Positions 38,301-49,400 of a DNA stretch of 64,000 bases are shown here, piece after piece. Numbering within the stretch: position 1 is the stretch's first letter; the number at the start of each line of letters is the position of its first letter. Source of the stretch: Bugula neritina. Taxonomy: Eukaryota > Animalia > Bryozoa. The stretch lies in the NCBI GenBank assembly GCA_964035545.1, contig OZ037767.1, forward strand, positions 26,986,628 to 27,050,627. Direction: 5' to 3'. Made by a program: the position numbers and the translations under genes. Below the pieces are notes generated by a model. The model was not told where the DNA came from. It saw nothing but the letters and a program-made list of their open reading frames with translations, and searched no databases.

Positions 38301-39747
38301 AAGTTTTCGGCCACATGAGTTCAAAGTACTTGTTAGTCATGTTTTAGCATTTCATTATATAATTAATGTTTTTAATGGCTGCATGCATTATTGCTGTAAT
38401 TTTCTAACCATGTACAATTCATGAAAAAGTCAGAAACTGCCCTGCATATGTGGGGTTAAAGTTTTGGTAACAAATCAGATAATCTGATAGCAATTACATC
38501 TTGTAAGCTTCTCTGCACTACAGAATTTAATGAATTTTGGCCATAGCAACCTCTGATAGCTTTTTGTTGTGAATCTGTACAGCTGTTGAAGTGATGTTTC
38601 TTTTCTATATTTTATTTTCATAAAACATTTGCATTTATGATCCACTATGTTGGAGTACATATATATGTTGTATAAGGGGTATACATGCATTTTACTTTGA
38701 ATTTATTATGCTATACGTATTGTAAATTTGTTTAAACTAACCCCAAATATATACAATTGTTTTCATTTAATTCACTTTATTTCATTACTTGGAAAAAAAC
38801 AGACATAAAACATAGAGAAGGGTATAAATATCACAAGTTAAAATTAAGTTATGACATTATATAATAATTTATTTTTTGTTATATTTTTGTGTCAAGTAAA
38901 TTAGAACAACAAAAAATATTCCACGAATTAAATATGCTAAGACAATAGCTAAGACACATGGAGGCATGTTATGCATCATATAATAAGTATGAAGACATGG
39001 TAAACACTGATAAAACAATCTTTCTCTCTGGGTGTAGACTTATACAGTATTGCTGCCAGCAAATGTGTACTAAATTCTAGTAGCCGGTGCTCCGGGAAAT
39101 AATTAATATAAAACAAACATGATCAAGTAAAAATATACCTATATATAACACAAATTATCAGCCAACACTGTTCCACAAAAGTTGCTGTAATTTTTGTAGT
39201 TTCCCGGTTTTATTCTAAGCTTTCAGACTCGAAATCTGTCTGCTCATCATCTTCAAAAGTGCATATAATAGTGTAAATAAAAACATTCATTATTATACCT
39301 TCAACTCTACACTTGCACTCTCATAGTCATTTGTTTTAAATAGACATATGTAGCCCATGTATCTGGGCAAGCAAGCAGCAAAATTTGAATTTATTGATTA
39401 AAATTATGTTGCATAACCACCTTTTTTATGAAAATTACATTATAGAGTATTAAAGGTTTATTTAAACAGCATGACAAAATCATCAATTTGTTGAATGTAT
39501 TTTCGTGGAAAAGTAAGCTTTTCTGCAACATTTGGCATTGAACAATGCTAAAATCAATGCAGTATATCAACAACTCTGATTTTGAAACAAATATCAGCTC
39601 AATAGTACAAACAAGCAAGCAAACTGTTAAATTGATTTTTTGTTGGCAAACAAGAATTCAAGCTTTGAAATATAATAGTACTGTGAATGAAGTAATATTC
39701 TATCCCCAATGCCATAGTGCTATATATAGCGGAAACTAATAATTTTG

Positions 39748-42700
39748 CTACTGTATCGTTAACTCAACATCCTCTCTGTCTTACCTCTGAGTTTGCAAAT
39801 AAAATTTAAATACAATTTATGCATATTATAGCCTTTGCAACTTGTTGTGTGTATAAATAAATAATAATGATCAGTACTTTAGTTTGATAAAAACATACCC
39901 GTTGGTGAATTTTCACAATTGTTGGAGAGTGCTACGGTTCTAGAAACTTGATTTGCATCATTAGATCTTTTAGTAAAACTGTTACAATTGCGAAACAGCA
40001 TTGTGCACATTTCCTTTCTGCAAAACAGTTACAGTCATTCTGTTAAACTAAAACTCAACTTTTCCTATAAGTCATAGACAAAATATACATGAACAAACAT
40101 TAAACAACACTTAAGGTAAATGCAAGTAAATACTGTAGATGGGATATAAAGCAATTTAAGTTCCAAATAGAACGTGAGGTAAAATACTCAACTACAACAT
40201 TTTTATATTTTAATCTGGTACTTAAAATTGACGAGAGAATGTGTATGCATGCGTGCGTGTGTGCGTGTGCGTGTTGTATGATTGTGGGACCATTGAGTAA
40301 TGAAATAGTAATGAAATCACAGCTTTTAAAGTACTGGAAAAAGGGTTTTGTAATAACTTCGAATCTAAAACAAATGTGGAAGAACTTAACCCATTTAAAA
40401 AAAACTGATAACCTTACAGCTATAACTAATTACTGACCTGTACTGAGCGTTCATTCCTACGTAGAGCAGAGGGTTCAGCGTGAATGAGAGCTTTGCAAAG
40501 AATGCAGCTGACGAAAGGAGAATTGATGAAAGAGACTGTGGATAAATTGTAGCCCACACACTTATGATTCCGTATGGAGTCCAGGCCAAAAGGTAAAAGA
40601 CTACAACATACTTGTAATGTACTTTTATTAAGTTTATTGATTTTTTTTTCTAATGTAACATTGCATAATGCAGAACTTACGATGGTATTTTATTGCTACA
40701 ATATTTTATTACAATATTATTATTGCAGTCACCAGGTTACCGGTAGGCCCTGTGGTGCAATGGTTAGAGAGCCTGCTTGAGAGCCGGAGGTCTCAGGTTC
40801 GAATCCCAGTGGAGGCAAAATATTTAAATAATCATATTATATTATATTAATGTACAAAGTACAAGAGTCATATAAGTCTATATTATTATATTACTGTACC
40901 TATATATTATCTTTGGCAGTAATTAGGAAATGCTGAAGTGTTTAACATTGATATGATGAGATGTAAGAAATTCAGAGTAGTATCAATAACTGTTCCATTA
41001 AACCATTTAGTTCAAGTATTTTAGAATATGTACCGCATGTATGTACTGCTGAAAGATCTGATCAAAAATAATAATTATTCAATAAAGCAATAATCACTAG
41101 CCAGACCTTTAGAATAGAACATTTTCCTGGCCAATTCCAATTCTCTTTTTACATACTGCCTATCTTTTCCCTTTACAACTGCTCCGCTAACCTAAAAGAG
41201 TTGCAAAAACTTCAAAATTCCTACATATACTGCTTTTTGGTTTGCGGACAATTATTATATAATAATGCCTGCATAGATACTAACCATATGCTTTATACTA
41301 TAACATATTGTAGGGCGCATTTGTTAAAGTAAACTTTTATAATACCTTATAACACTGTGCTATATACCAACAAGCAATTTTGTTTATGCACTTTATTAGT
41401 GATCACCTTTCACCACCATGCTCTGATTGAGTGAGTGGTAAGAACTTTATAATTAAAAACACAAATATAAAAGAAACTATAACTTTCTGTTCATTTACTG
41501 CTAGAGATCACGTAACAGAGTTTAAAAGGAACTTACAATTTTAAAAATGACAACGTTGGTAGCAGTGATAATTATGCCTGGAATGATGAACACTGTGACA
41601 AAAATGGTGATATTATAGACTTTGTGTGCAGCAGATCTGCTAAACCAGTCAATTGAACACGAGACTCTTCCTGCGACTGTATAACTTTGGAAACCTGCAA
41701 CATGCTACACTCATTGAGGTTTTGCTACATGCAATACTCAGTAAGGTTTTGCTACATGCAATACTCAGTAAGGTTTTGCTACATGCAATACTCAGTAAGG
41801 TTTTGCTACATGCAATACTCAGTAAGGTTTTGCTACATGCAATACTCAGTAAGGTTTTGCTACATGCAATACTCAGTAAGGTTTTGCTACATCTTGTGAT
41901 GTGTAGACAACAACTGTAAACTTACAACTTATATTCACGCTTTGAAGCGTATAGGTAAATGTATCACACTTACACTGAAATGACCTCCAACTAGGTAAAG
42001 CAATGGCAGATTTATAGTGAAAAACTTTTAACAGTCATTTATGCATCTGATACTGAGGTTTGTTTTACCTTACTAAAATATTCCCAAGTACTTTTGCAGC
42101 TCACTTTCAGTTATATAATAATTATTATTCGGTTATATAACACATTTCAACAGATGACTACTGTCTAACTAAAAATGAGATGCAATATATTTAACCCATG
42201 CATTCAATTGAACATTTATAAAAATTTTGAGCTTTGATATGTAAACATTATTCTTTTTCCTTTATCTTATAATCGGATGACACTAATGTTTAGTTATTAT
42301 GCTTATCGAATAAACAATAATGACTATGGCTCCTATAATGCAAATAACTACAATTATTCCAATAGTATGTTAATGTTGATTTCAGTTAAAACTCCTCATA
42401 AAGTATTATTAAATTATTCAATGCTTTACTTGTTTTGTGCTTCAGCATTTTTGAATACATCAGGTTATATATGACTTGATGTGAGTTTAAAAACCACTTT
42501 AGTTTTATGTTCTTACATTGCAAATTTTGTCTAAAATAATTTAGGAACTTTAAAGCTTTGATATTTGAAAAAACTCATACTCCTTATAACTACCACAACC
42601 TTTGCCAAAACTCATTAAGGCCATTATTTCATGCAAGCCATTGCTTTTGCCACAAACATATTTTGCTAGCATGACTAAATATTTTTAGTGTTATACAGAA

Positions 42701-44618
42701 GTGATTGCAACCAAATATTTTTTCTAATTTCTCTGTGGCTTGATTTACCAGCCTAACGCAGCAAGCGTTATGCTCTGCCATGGCTCTTCATACAATTAAA
42801 GACCACAAATCTTCTTTTATTTAAGGTGCTCATTTGCAATAATTAAAAGCTTGATATGAGAAATATTACAGCATTTTAAAAAGAGTTGAACAAAGCTTGC
42901 ATATTTCCACCCAACTAAACAATTACATATAAACTTTGTTTTTTTAGTTTTCTTTAAATAGAGCAACATTGCAACAACATGCAACATGAGCAACAATTAG
43001 AATTGTAGGAAATGGTTCCCCCTCATACCCTATAACTTCTTAAATGCTAAATCAATATTTTAACAGGGGGGTGTATTGTCAATATAGCAGAAGTTACAAC
43101 TACAGCGTATGGAATATAATAATGCTATACTGTCACCTACCAAATTGAGGTAGGATGGCCCAAAGAAAGCCATACACCCAGCATACTACTTGTGCTATAT
43201 AGACGTGCGCTGTAATTTTCTTTTTATTAGCTACAGACCACTGGATATGCGTCATGGTGTACCATCTCTCCAATGAGATGGTACAGAGATGTGCAATCGA
43301 TGTTGTACCACACCAAAGCATTATTATGCCATGTGCCAAACACCCTGCAATATTCACATTTGAGATTAAAACTCACACTCCATTTCAGTATTCTTTAATA
43401 TTTGTAGTGAGATACACACTTTTATATACTACCAATAATAAATGATTTATATTTAAAGCTATTTTTAAAAGATGATGCACGAGAGGTTTAATCACATGAC
43501 CTCATGTTAATATTTAAATACAGTTCAACACAAGATAGAGCAGAAAAATTGAGATGAGTGGTCTTATACTGTAAGTAAGTAACTAGTAAAATAATGCATG
43601 TGTCAAAAACAACTAGTGTAGGCAAACTAAGCAACATATTGAACAGCATAGAAAACACTGATTATAGTAAAAAAAGAAAATGTCATTATATACTGTAACT
43701 GTGAAACGAATAAAGACTTAATCCATTTAAAATTATATGAAATGAAATAATTTTATTATAAGAATTTAATTGAAAATCATGTGTCAAAATAATAAAAAGA
43801 AATATTTGAATATGGTATTTCTGTAAGCTAAGCTAAATAAATGTTGAGTGCCTACAGCTTATAACATAATTAGAAAATTGCAAAAACAAAATTTCTCAGA
43901 AAAAAGTATGTTAGAGAAACAAACTTTACCAAAATTTACCTACCAGTTCTGGAAAACACCCATCTGTGGTAGAAACAGTTGACAGAGAACATGGTACCTC
44001 CCAAGGCAGCCATTACTCCGTCACTCAAAGCTAGACTTCTCAGCAGATAGGTAACTCTCGACTGGATGCGCTTTTTGCTTGCTTTTGTAAACAACACTAT
44101 TACACAGATATTGACAAAAACACCCACTAGTGTCAGCAGCCCCATCAATGAACCTAAAAGCAGCACCATGCATGTGCAGTAGAGTTTCAAAGGAACAGCT
44201 ACTGCTAGTTATAGGATGAAGAAAATTTGTCTTACAGCACTTCACCAATACTTTTTGCACATAACTTTACAACTTTGTCTTAAATTAACACTTTAAAAAG
44301 GAATTATATAGAAATTTGAGTTTTTTTTAAATGAGTTGATTGACATGTAAAATAAAAATGTGTTGTTGGTAGAACTGGTTTTAACAATAATGCTGTAAAA
44401 CATTTTGATTATAGAAGTTGGAAAAACCAACTTTCAGGCATTGATAACTACCATGCAGCAGTTTTAAATTAATAACACATTATGTTTCATAACAAGCGTA
44501 CGTAGTGAATAGAAAACTTACCCAGCACATAATGTGCGTAAAATTCTTCAGCGGTTATCTCTCCTTCTAGAGGGAAAGAATTAAAAGCAGAAGTAGAGTT
44601 ATTGAATGAAGTAGACAT
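39748..44618 (-). CDS. Opsin, copy A (355 aa; K296 present, A181, H113, NAQ motif; xenopsin/c-type-like, clade uncertain)
   Basis: Exons 44522-44618, 43944-44153, 43141-43344, 41537-41694, 41107-41191, 40438-40600, 39899-40017, 39748-39779. TM2 SLALSD, C110, ERW, ECL2 YTVAGRVSCSIDW, TM6 AWTPY, TM7 FFAKLSFTLNPLLYVGMNAQYR. Confidence 0.92.
40746..40817 (+). mobile_element. tRNA-derived SINE head / tRNA pseudogene in an opsin A intron
   Basis: TGGTGCAATGGTTAG A box and GGTTCGAATCCC B box, but the anticodon and acceptor stems pair poorly. Absent from the paralogous intron of opsin B. Confidence 0.65.
41700..41892. repeat. 27-bp minisatellite (TTTTGCTACATGCAATACTCAGTAAGG) x~7
   Basis: Abuts the acceptor of opsin A exon 4; single unit at the same place in opsin B (~49129-49159). 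Confidence 0.95.
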
Positions 44619-46448
44619 TGTTGGAGAGAAAACTAAAGTTATGTAGTTTGTGTTTGAAAGCTCGTGTAGGTATGGATGTATTTGCAGAATGCAACAAATA
44701 TATATGGTGACATGAATACAATGCTTTTAACTTTAAATGTGAAACACATGTATTATAAAAATAAAGTGAAAAGCTTTTAGAGATCCCAGGCTATGTGATA
44801 AATCAATGCTGTCTATAAGATGCAGGTTCTATTATATCATTGGTAAGGAATAGCAAGATTTGATGCTGTATAAACGTTGAGTTATTCAATGTGGTTGTAA
44901 TTTAGAAGCTCAGTCTAAGCTTTAGTACGTTATAATTGTACCTAAGGTTACTTTTTTCATTCAGATTACAAGTTCATGTTTGTGCTAATCTGCATTAGCA
45001 TTTGGAATACCAAAATTACCAAAGTCAATGTTGAATTCTGAGTATTTTGGTAAATTATTGGTAACAGTATTTTGGTTTTGGTATTTATTTTTATTGTTTT
45101 GTATTTTTGGTCCTTCACTTCCCTATGTTTAAGTAGTTTCTTAACCATTATCTTTTTTATTAATATATATTTTTCCTGTTTCAGATGAAAAGTGGTGCGT
45201 GATCTCCCCTCTGTAATAATTTTGCACGCTGATAATTGTTTTTTTTTGTTTACTTGAATATATATAATGTAAATTATATAAAACTGTTTCAAAAACCGTC
45301 CTGCATATACTATAAGTTATAACAGGTTTTCAATCTAATATAGCAAATAACTCCAATAGACTCATAGCGATTAAATTATAATATTTTTGTAAGCTGCTCT
45401 GCATTACATAATTTAATATAAATTGGCCATAGCAACCTTTGATGGGTTTTTGTTATGAATCTTTACAGCTGTTGAAGCTATGCGTTGTTTCTACATATTT
45501 TTACCTTTAGTAAAAACTTGCATTTTTGATCCACTGTGTTAGAGTATACGAATAGATTGTATTATAAGGGGTGCACATGCATTTTATTTTTGAATTTATT
45601 ATGCTATACGTATCAAAAATTTGTTTGAACTAATCCCAAATATATACAATTGTTTTCATTTATTTCACTTTATTTCATCACTTAGAAAACAACAGACATA
45701 AAACATAGAGAAGGGTATAAATCTTACAAGTTAAAATTAAGTTATGACATTATATAATAATTTATTTTTTTATTATATTTTCGTGTCAATTAGATGTGGA
45801 CAACAAAAAAATATTCCACGAATTAAATATGCTAAGACAATAGCTAAGACACATGGAGACATGTTATGCATCATATAATAAGTATGAAGACATGGTAAAC
45901 ACTAATACAACGATACTTCTCTCGGTGTAGACTTACAGTATGTCAACTAGCAAATATGTGTAGCCTGTGATTCATGAAACAAAAATAAAACAAACAAGAA
46001 TCAAATAAGACTAAGTATACATAATGTATCAATAAAATGTTAGTCTAAGCCCCTCCCCCAAATTTTCTTGTCAATTTTGCAACTTTCTGGTTTTATTCTA
46101 AGCTGTCAGATTCAGACTCCGTCTGCTCATCACTTTTAAAAGTGCATATAATAGTGTAAATAAAGACATTAATAAAGCTGGCAAAGCTTGCACCACTACA
46201 GTTATCTGCACTGAATAGATATGTAGTATTTTAGAAAAGGAAGCATTAAAATTTGAATACTGGTTAAAATTATTTAACATACCATGTCATTAAAACTACT
46301 TTATAGGGTATAAAATGTTGTTCAAATTAAGCTAAAAACTAAATAAAATGACAAAATCATTAGTTTGCTAAATGTATTTTGGTGTAAAAATGAGCTTTTT
46401 TGTGATATGTGTGGCATTGAATAATGTTAGCAGAAACTAATAATTTTG

Positions 46449-49400
46449 CTACTGTATGGTTAACTCAACACCATCTCTATCTAACCTTTGAATTTCCAAA
46501 TAAAATTTCTATACAATTTATACATATTATAGCCTTTGCAACTTGTAGTGTGTATAAATCAATAATAATGATTAGTACTTTATTTTGATGACAACATACC
46601 CAATGGCGTGCATTCATAAATGGTGGAAAGTTCTACAGGTCTAGAAACTTGATTTGCATTGCTTGATCTGTTAGTAAAACTGTTACAATCAGAACACAGC
46701 ATTGTATACATTTCCTTTCTGCAAAACAGAGTCGTTCTGTTAAAAATTTCTTATAAATTATAAATAAAATATATACGAGAAAGCATTAAATAATACAACA
46801 TGAATGCAAATAGTAAGATGTGATATAATGTAATTTAATTTTTAAATATATCTAGAACTTTGAAATACTTAACTACAATCCTTTTATATTTAAATCTGGT
46901 GTTTAAAAATGTGTGTGTGTTTTTGGTGTGTGTTTTTGGTGTGTGTGTGTGTGTGTTTGGTGTGTGTGTGTTTGGTGTGTGTGTGTTTAATTGGTGTGTG
47001 TCTGTGTGGTGTGTGTGTGTGTGTTTGGTGTGTGTGTGTGTTTTTGGTGTGTGTGTGTTTTTGGTGTGTGTGTTTTTGGTGTGTGTGTGTTTGGTGTGTG
47101 TTTGGTGTGTGTTTGGTATGTGTGTGTTTGGTGTGTGTGTGTGTATTGTTATAGGATTGTGGAACAAGTGTAATTTAATTATCTGGAGTAAAGACATAGC
47201 AGCTTTCAAAGTGCTGAAAAGTTTTGTGATAACTTTGAATTTAAAGCAAATGTAAGCTTCATGGAACTCGACTTACTTTCTTACAGCTATAACTAATTAC
47301 TGACCTGTACTGAGCGCTCATTCCTACGTAGAGCAGAGGGTTCAGCGTAAATGAGAGCTTTGCAAAGAATGCGGTTGACGAAAGAAGAACTGGTGGGAGA
47401 GACTGTGGGTAAATAGTAGTCCACACACTTATGATTCCATATGGAGTCCAGGCCAAAAGGTAAAAAACTACAACATACTTTTAATGTATTCTTACCAAGT
47501 TTATTGATGCTTTCTTTAGTGTAGCATAATATAATGTAAAACTTATGACTGTTTTTTTAATAGTGCATACAATATTATTATATTATAATACATTAGGCTA
47601 CAAAGTTTAAAAGGCACATAAAACTATTATATAGTATACTTTTTTGGCAGCTAAGTCAAATACACAATTTTGTAATTCTGGCTAGATACATTGTATACTA
47701 GTACTAACCAATACTTAAATGAACTTATGATTTATGTGCTAATAATTAGTAATAATAATCTAGATAATATAGTTAGCAAAATTTGCGTTATATGAGCCAA
47801 GCTTGTACATGCCATCAGACAGTAAATAATTTTGTGAAAATTGTCAAATATTTTTGAAAGTTTTCTTCTTTCTCCTAAAAGTCTTATATAGAGAAGACAA
47901 ATCCCACCTTTTAATTATTTTTACTTGCTCATTGAAATTGGTCGCCAATAATCGAAAGCTTTTGTTTAAAAGATAAAGTTTCTTTTTAAGGAATTTGATA
48001 GGATGAAAATTCATCAAATTTTTAAATACGCATATTCCAAATCAAGGTTGTTTCCCACTATTTAGTATTTTATCAGCATGGTATTGTTGCACAATAACAT
48101 TAACAATTGCATTACATGGTGTAATGTAAAACATTTCCACAAAATAGTAATAGTTATTATATTATTACTTATTATACAAATATATTACAAATATATCAAA
48201 ATATTGAATGTATATGCTTAAAGATTTAGCTAAAAATGATACTTAGTTAATAAATTAATAATCACCAGCCATACCTTTAGAATAGACCATTTTCCTGGCC
48301 AATTCCATTTCTCTTTTCACATACTTCTTATCTTTCCTCTTTACAACTGCTCCGCTAACCTAAAACAGTTGCAAAACCTCAAAAGCAATATACTGGCGTA
48401 ATAGCATTGACTTAACATAAAATTGTAGCTTTTAACATAACCTTATATTTAATAACATTCAGAGCAAAAACTGATCTTACTGTTTTATGCACGTGTTAAG
48501 CTAAATTACTCAAAATAAAACTGGTTTATACTAATCATAAAACTAGTTGAATTACAAAAAGTAACTTCTGTATAATATTTGATAAAATGTGCAATATAAG
48601 AAATAAGTTACAAGTTTTTTATTTGTAACATATTACTGTGAATGCAAAAGTTTCGCTATGAAGTTTTACATTCTTACTTATATTGCCTTTTGCTTTATAA
48701 TATAGTGCTTGCATAGATATTAACCATCTACTTTATATTGTAACATATTGCTTAAAACTTCACATCTTCTAACCAATAATTACTTGCTGTATGGTTTTAG
48801 AGTAAACATCGAGACTACACACTGTTTTATATATAGGTAAAAAATGTATAATGATACTTTCTTGCTATATGCAAAAATTCAAAATTAATAAACTGGTATT
48901 TATAATTATAATTTGCTCTTCTTTTACTGTTAAAAATCAAGTGGCAATGTTTAAAGGAAACTTACAGTCTTAAAAATAATGATATTGGTAGCTGTAATAA
49001 TTATGCATGGAATGACGAAAGTGGTTACAAAAATGGTAATATTATAGGCTTTGTGTGCAGCAGATCTGCTAAACCAGTCAATTGAACAAGAGACTCTTCC
49101 TTCGACTGTGTAACTCTGGAAACCTGCAACATGCTACACTCATTGAGGTTTTGCTACAGGCTGTAGACAGCAACAGTAAACTGAAAATACCACCAATTAA
49201 GTAAAGTAGTGACAGATCTGTATTGAAACATTTTCAACAGCAGTTAATGCACTTGTTACTTGAGTTTAATTTACTTTTAACTTCAATATTTGACTTTTAC
49301 CTCACATTTCGGTTACATAATATAAATCATTCAGTTATATAACACTTTCCAACAGATAACCATTGGCTAACTGAAAATGAGATGCAATATTTTCAACTCA

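Noticed and set aside
39785-39840. Alternative opsin exon (VAKAIICINCI...) with apparent AG/GT ends
   Set aside because: Has a stop in copy A and needs a 58-nt intron. The 32-nt terminal exon DR(E/D)(D/G)VELTIQ* is open in both copies with synonymous differences and is preferred.
40746-40817. Functional tRNA gene (TGA in the anticodon position)
   Set aside because: Anticodon and acceptor stems pair poorly and there is no long variable arm as expected for tRNA-Ser; treated as a SINE head.
41653-41919. Plus-strand ORFs with (LLHAILSKV)n / (RFCYMQYSV)n
   Set aside because: Artefact of a 27-bp minisatellite antisense to the opsin intron; not conserved in the paralog.
46835-47255. Cys/Val-rich and His/Thr-rich ORFs
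   Set aside because: Translations of a (GT)-rich microsatellite.
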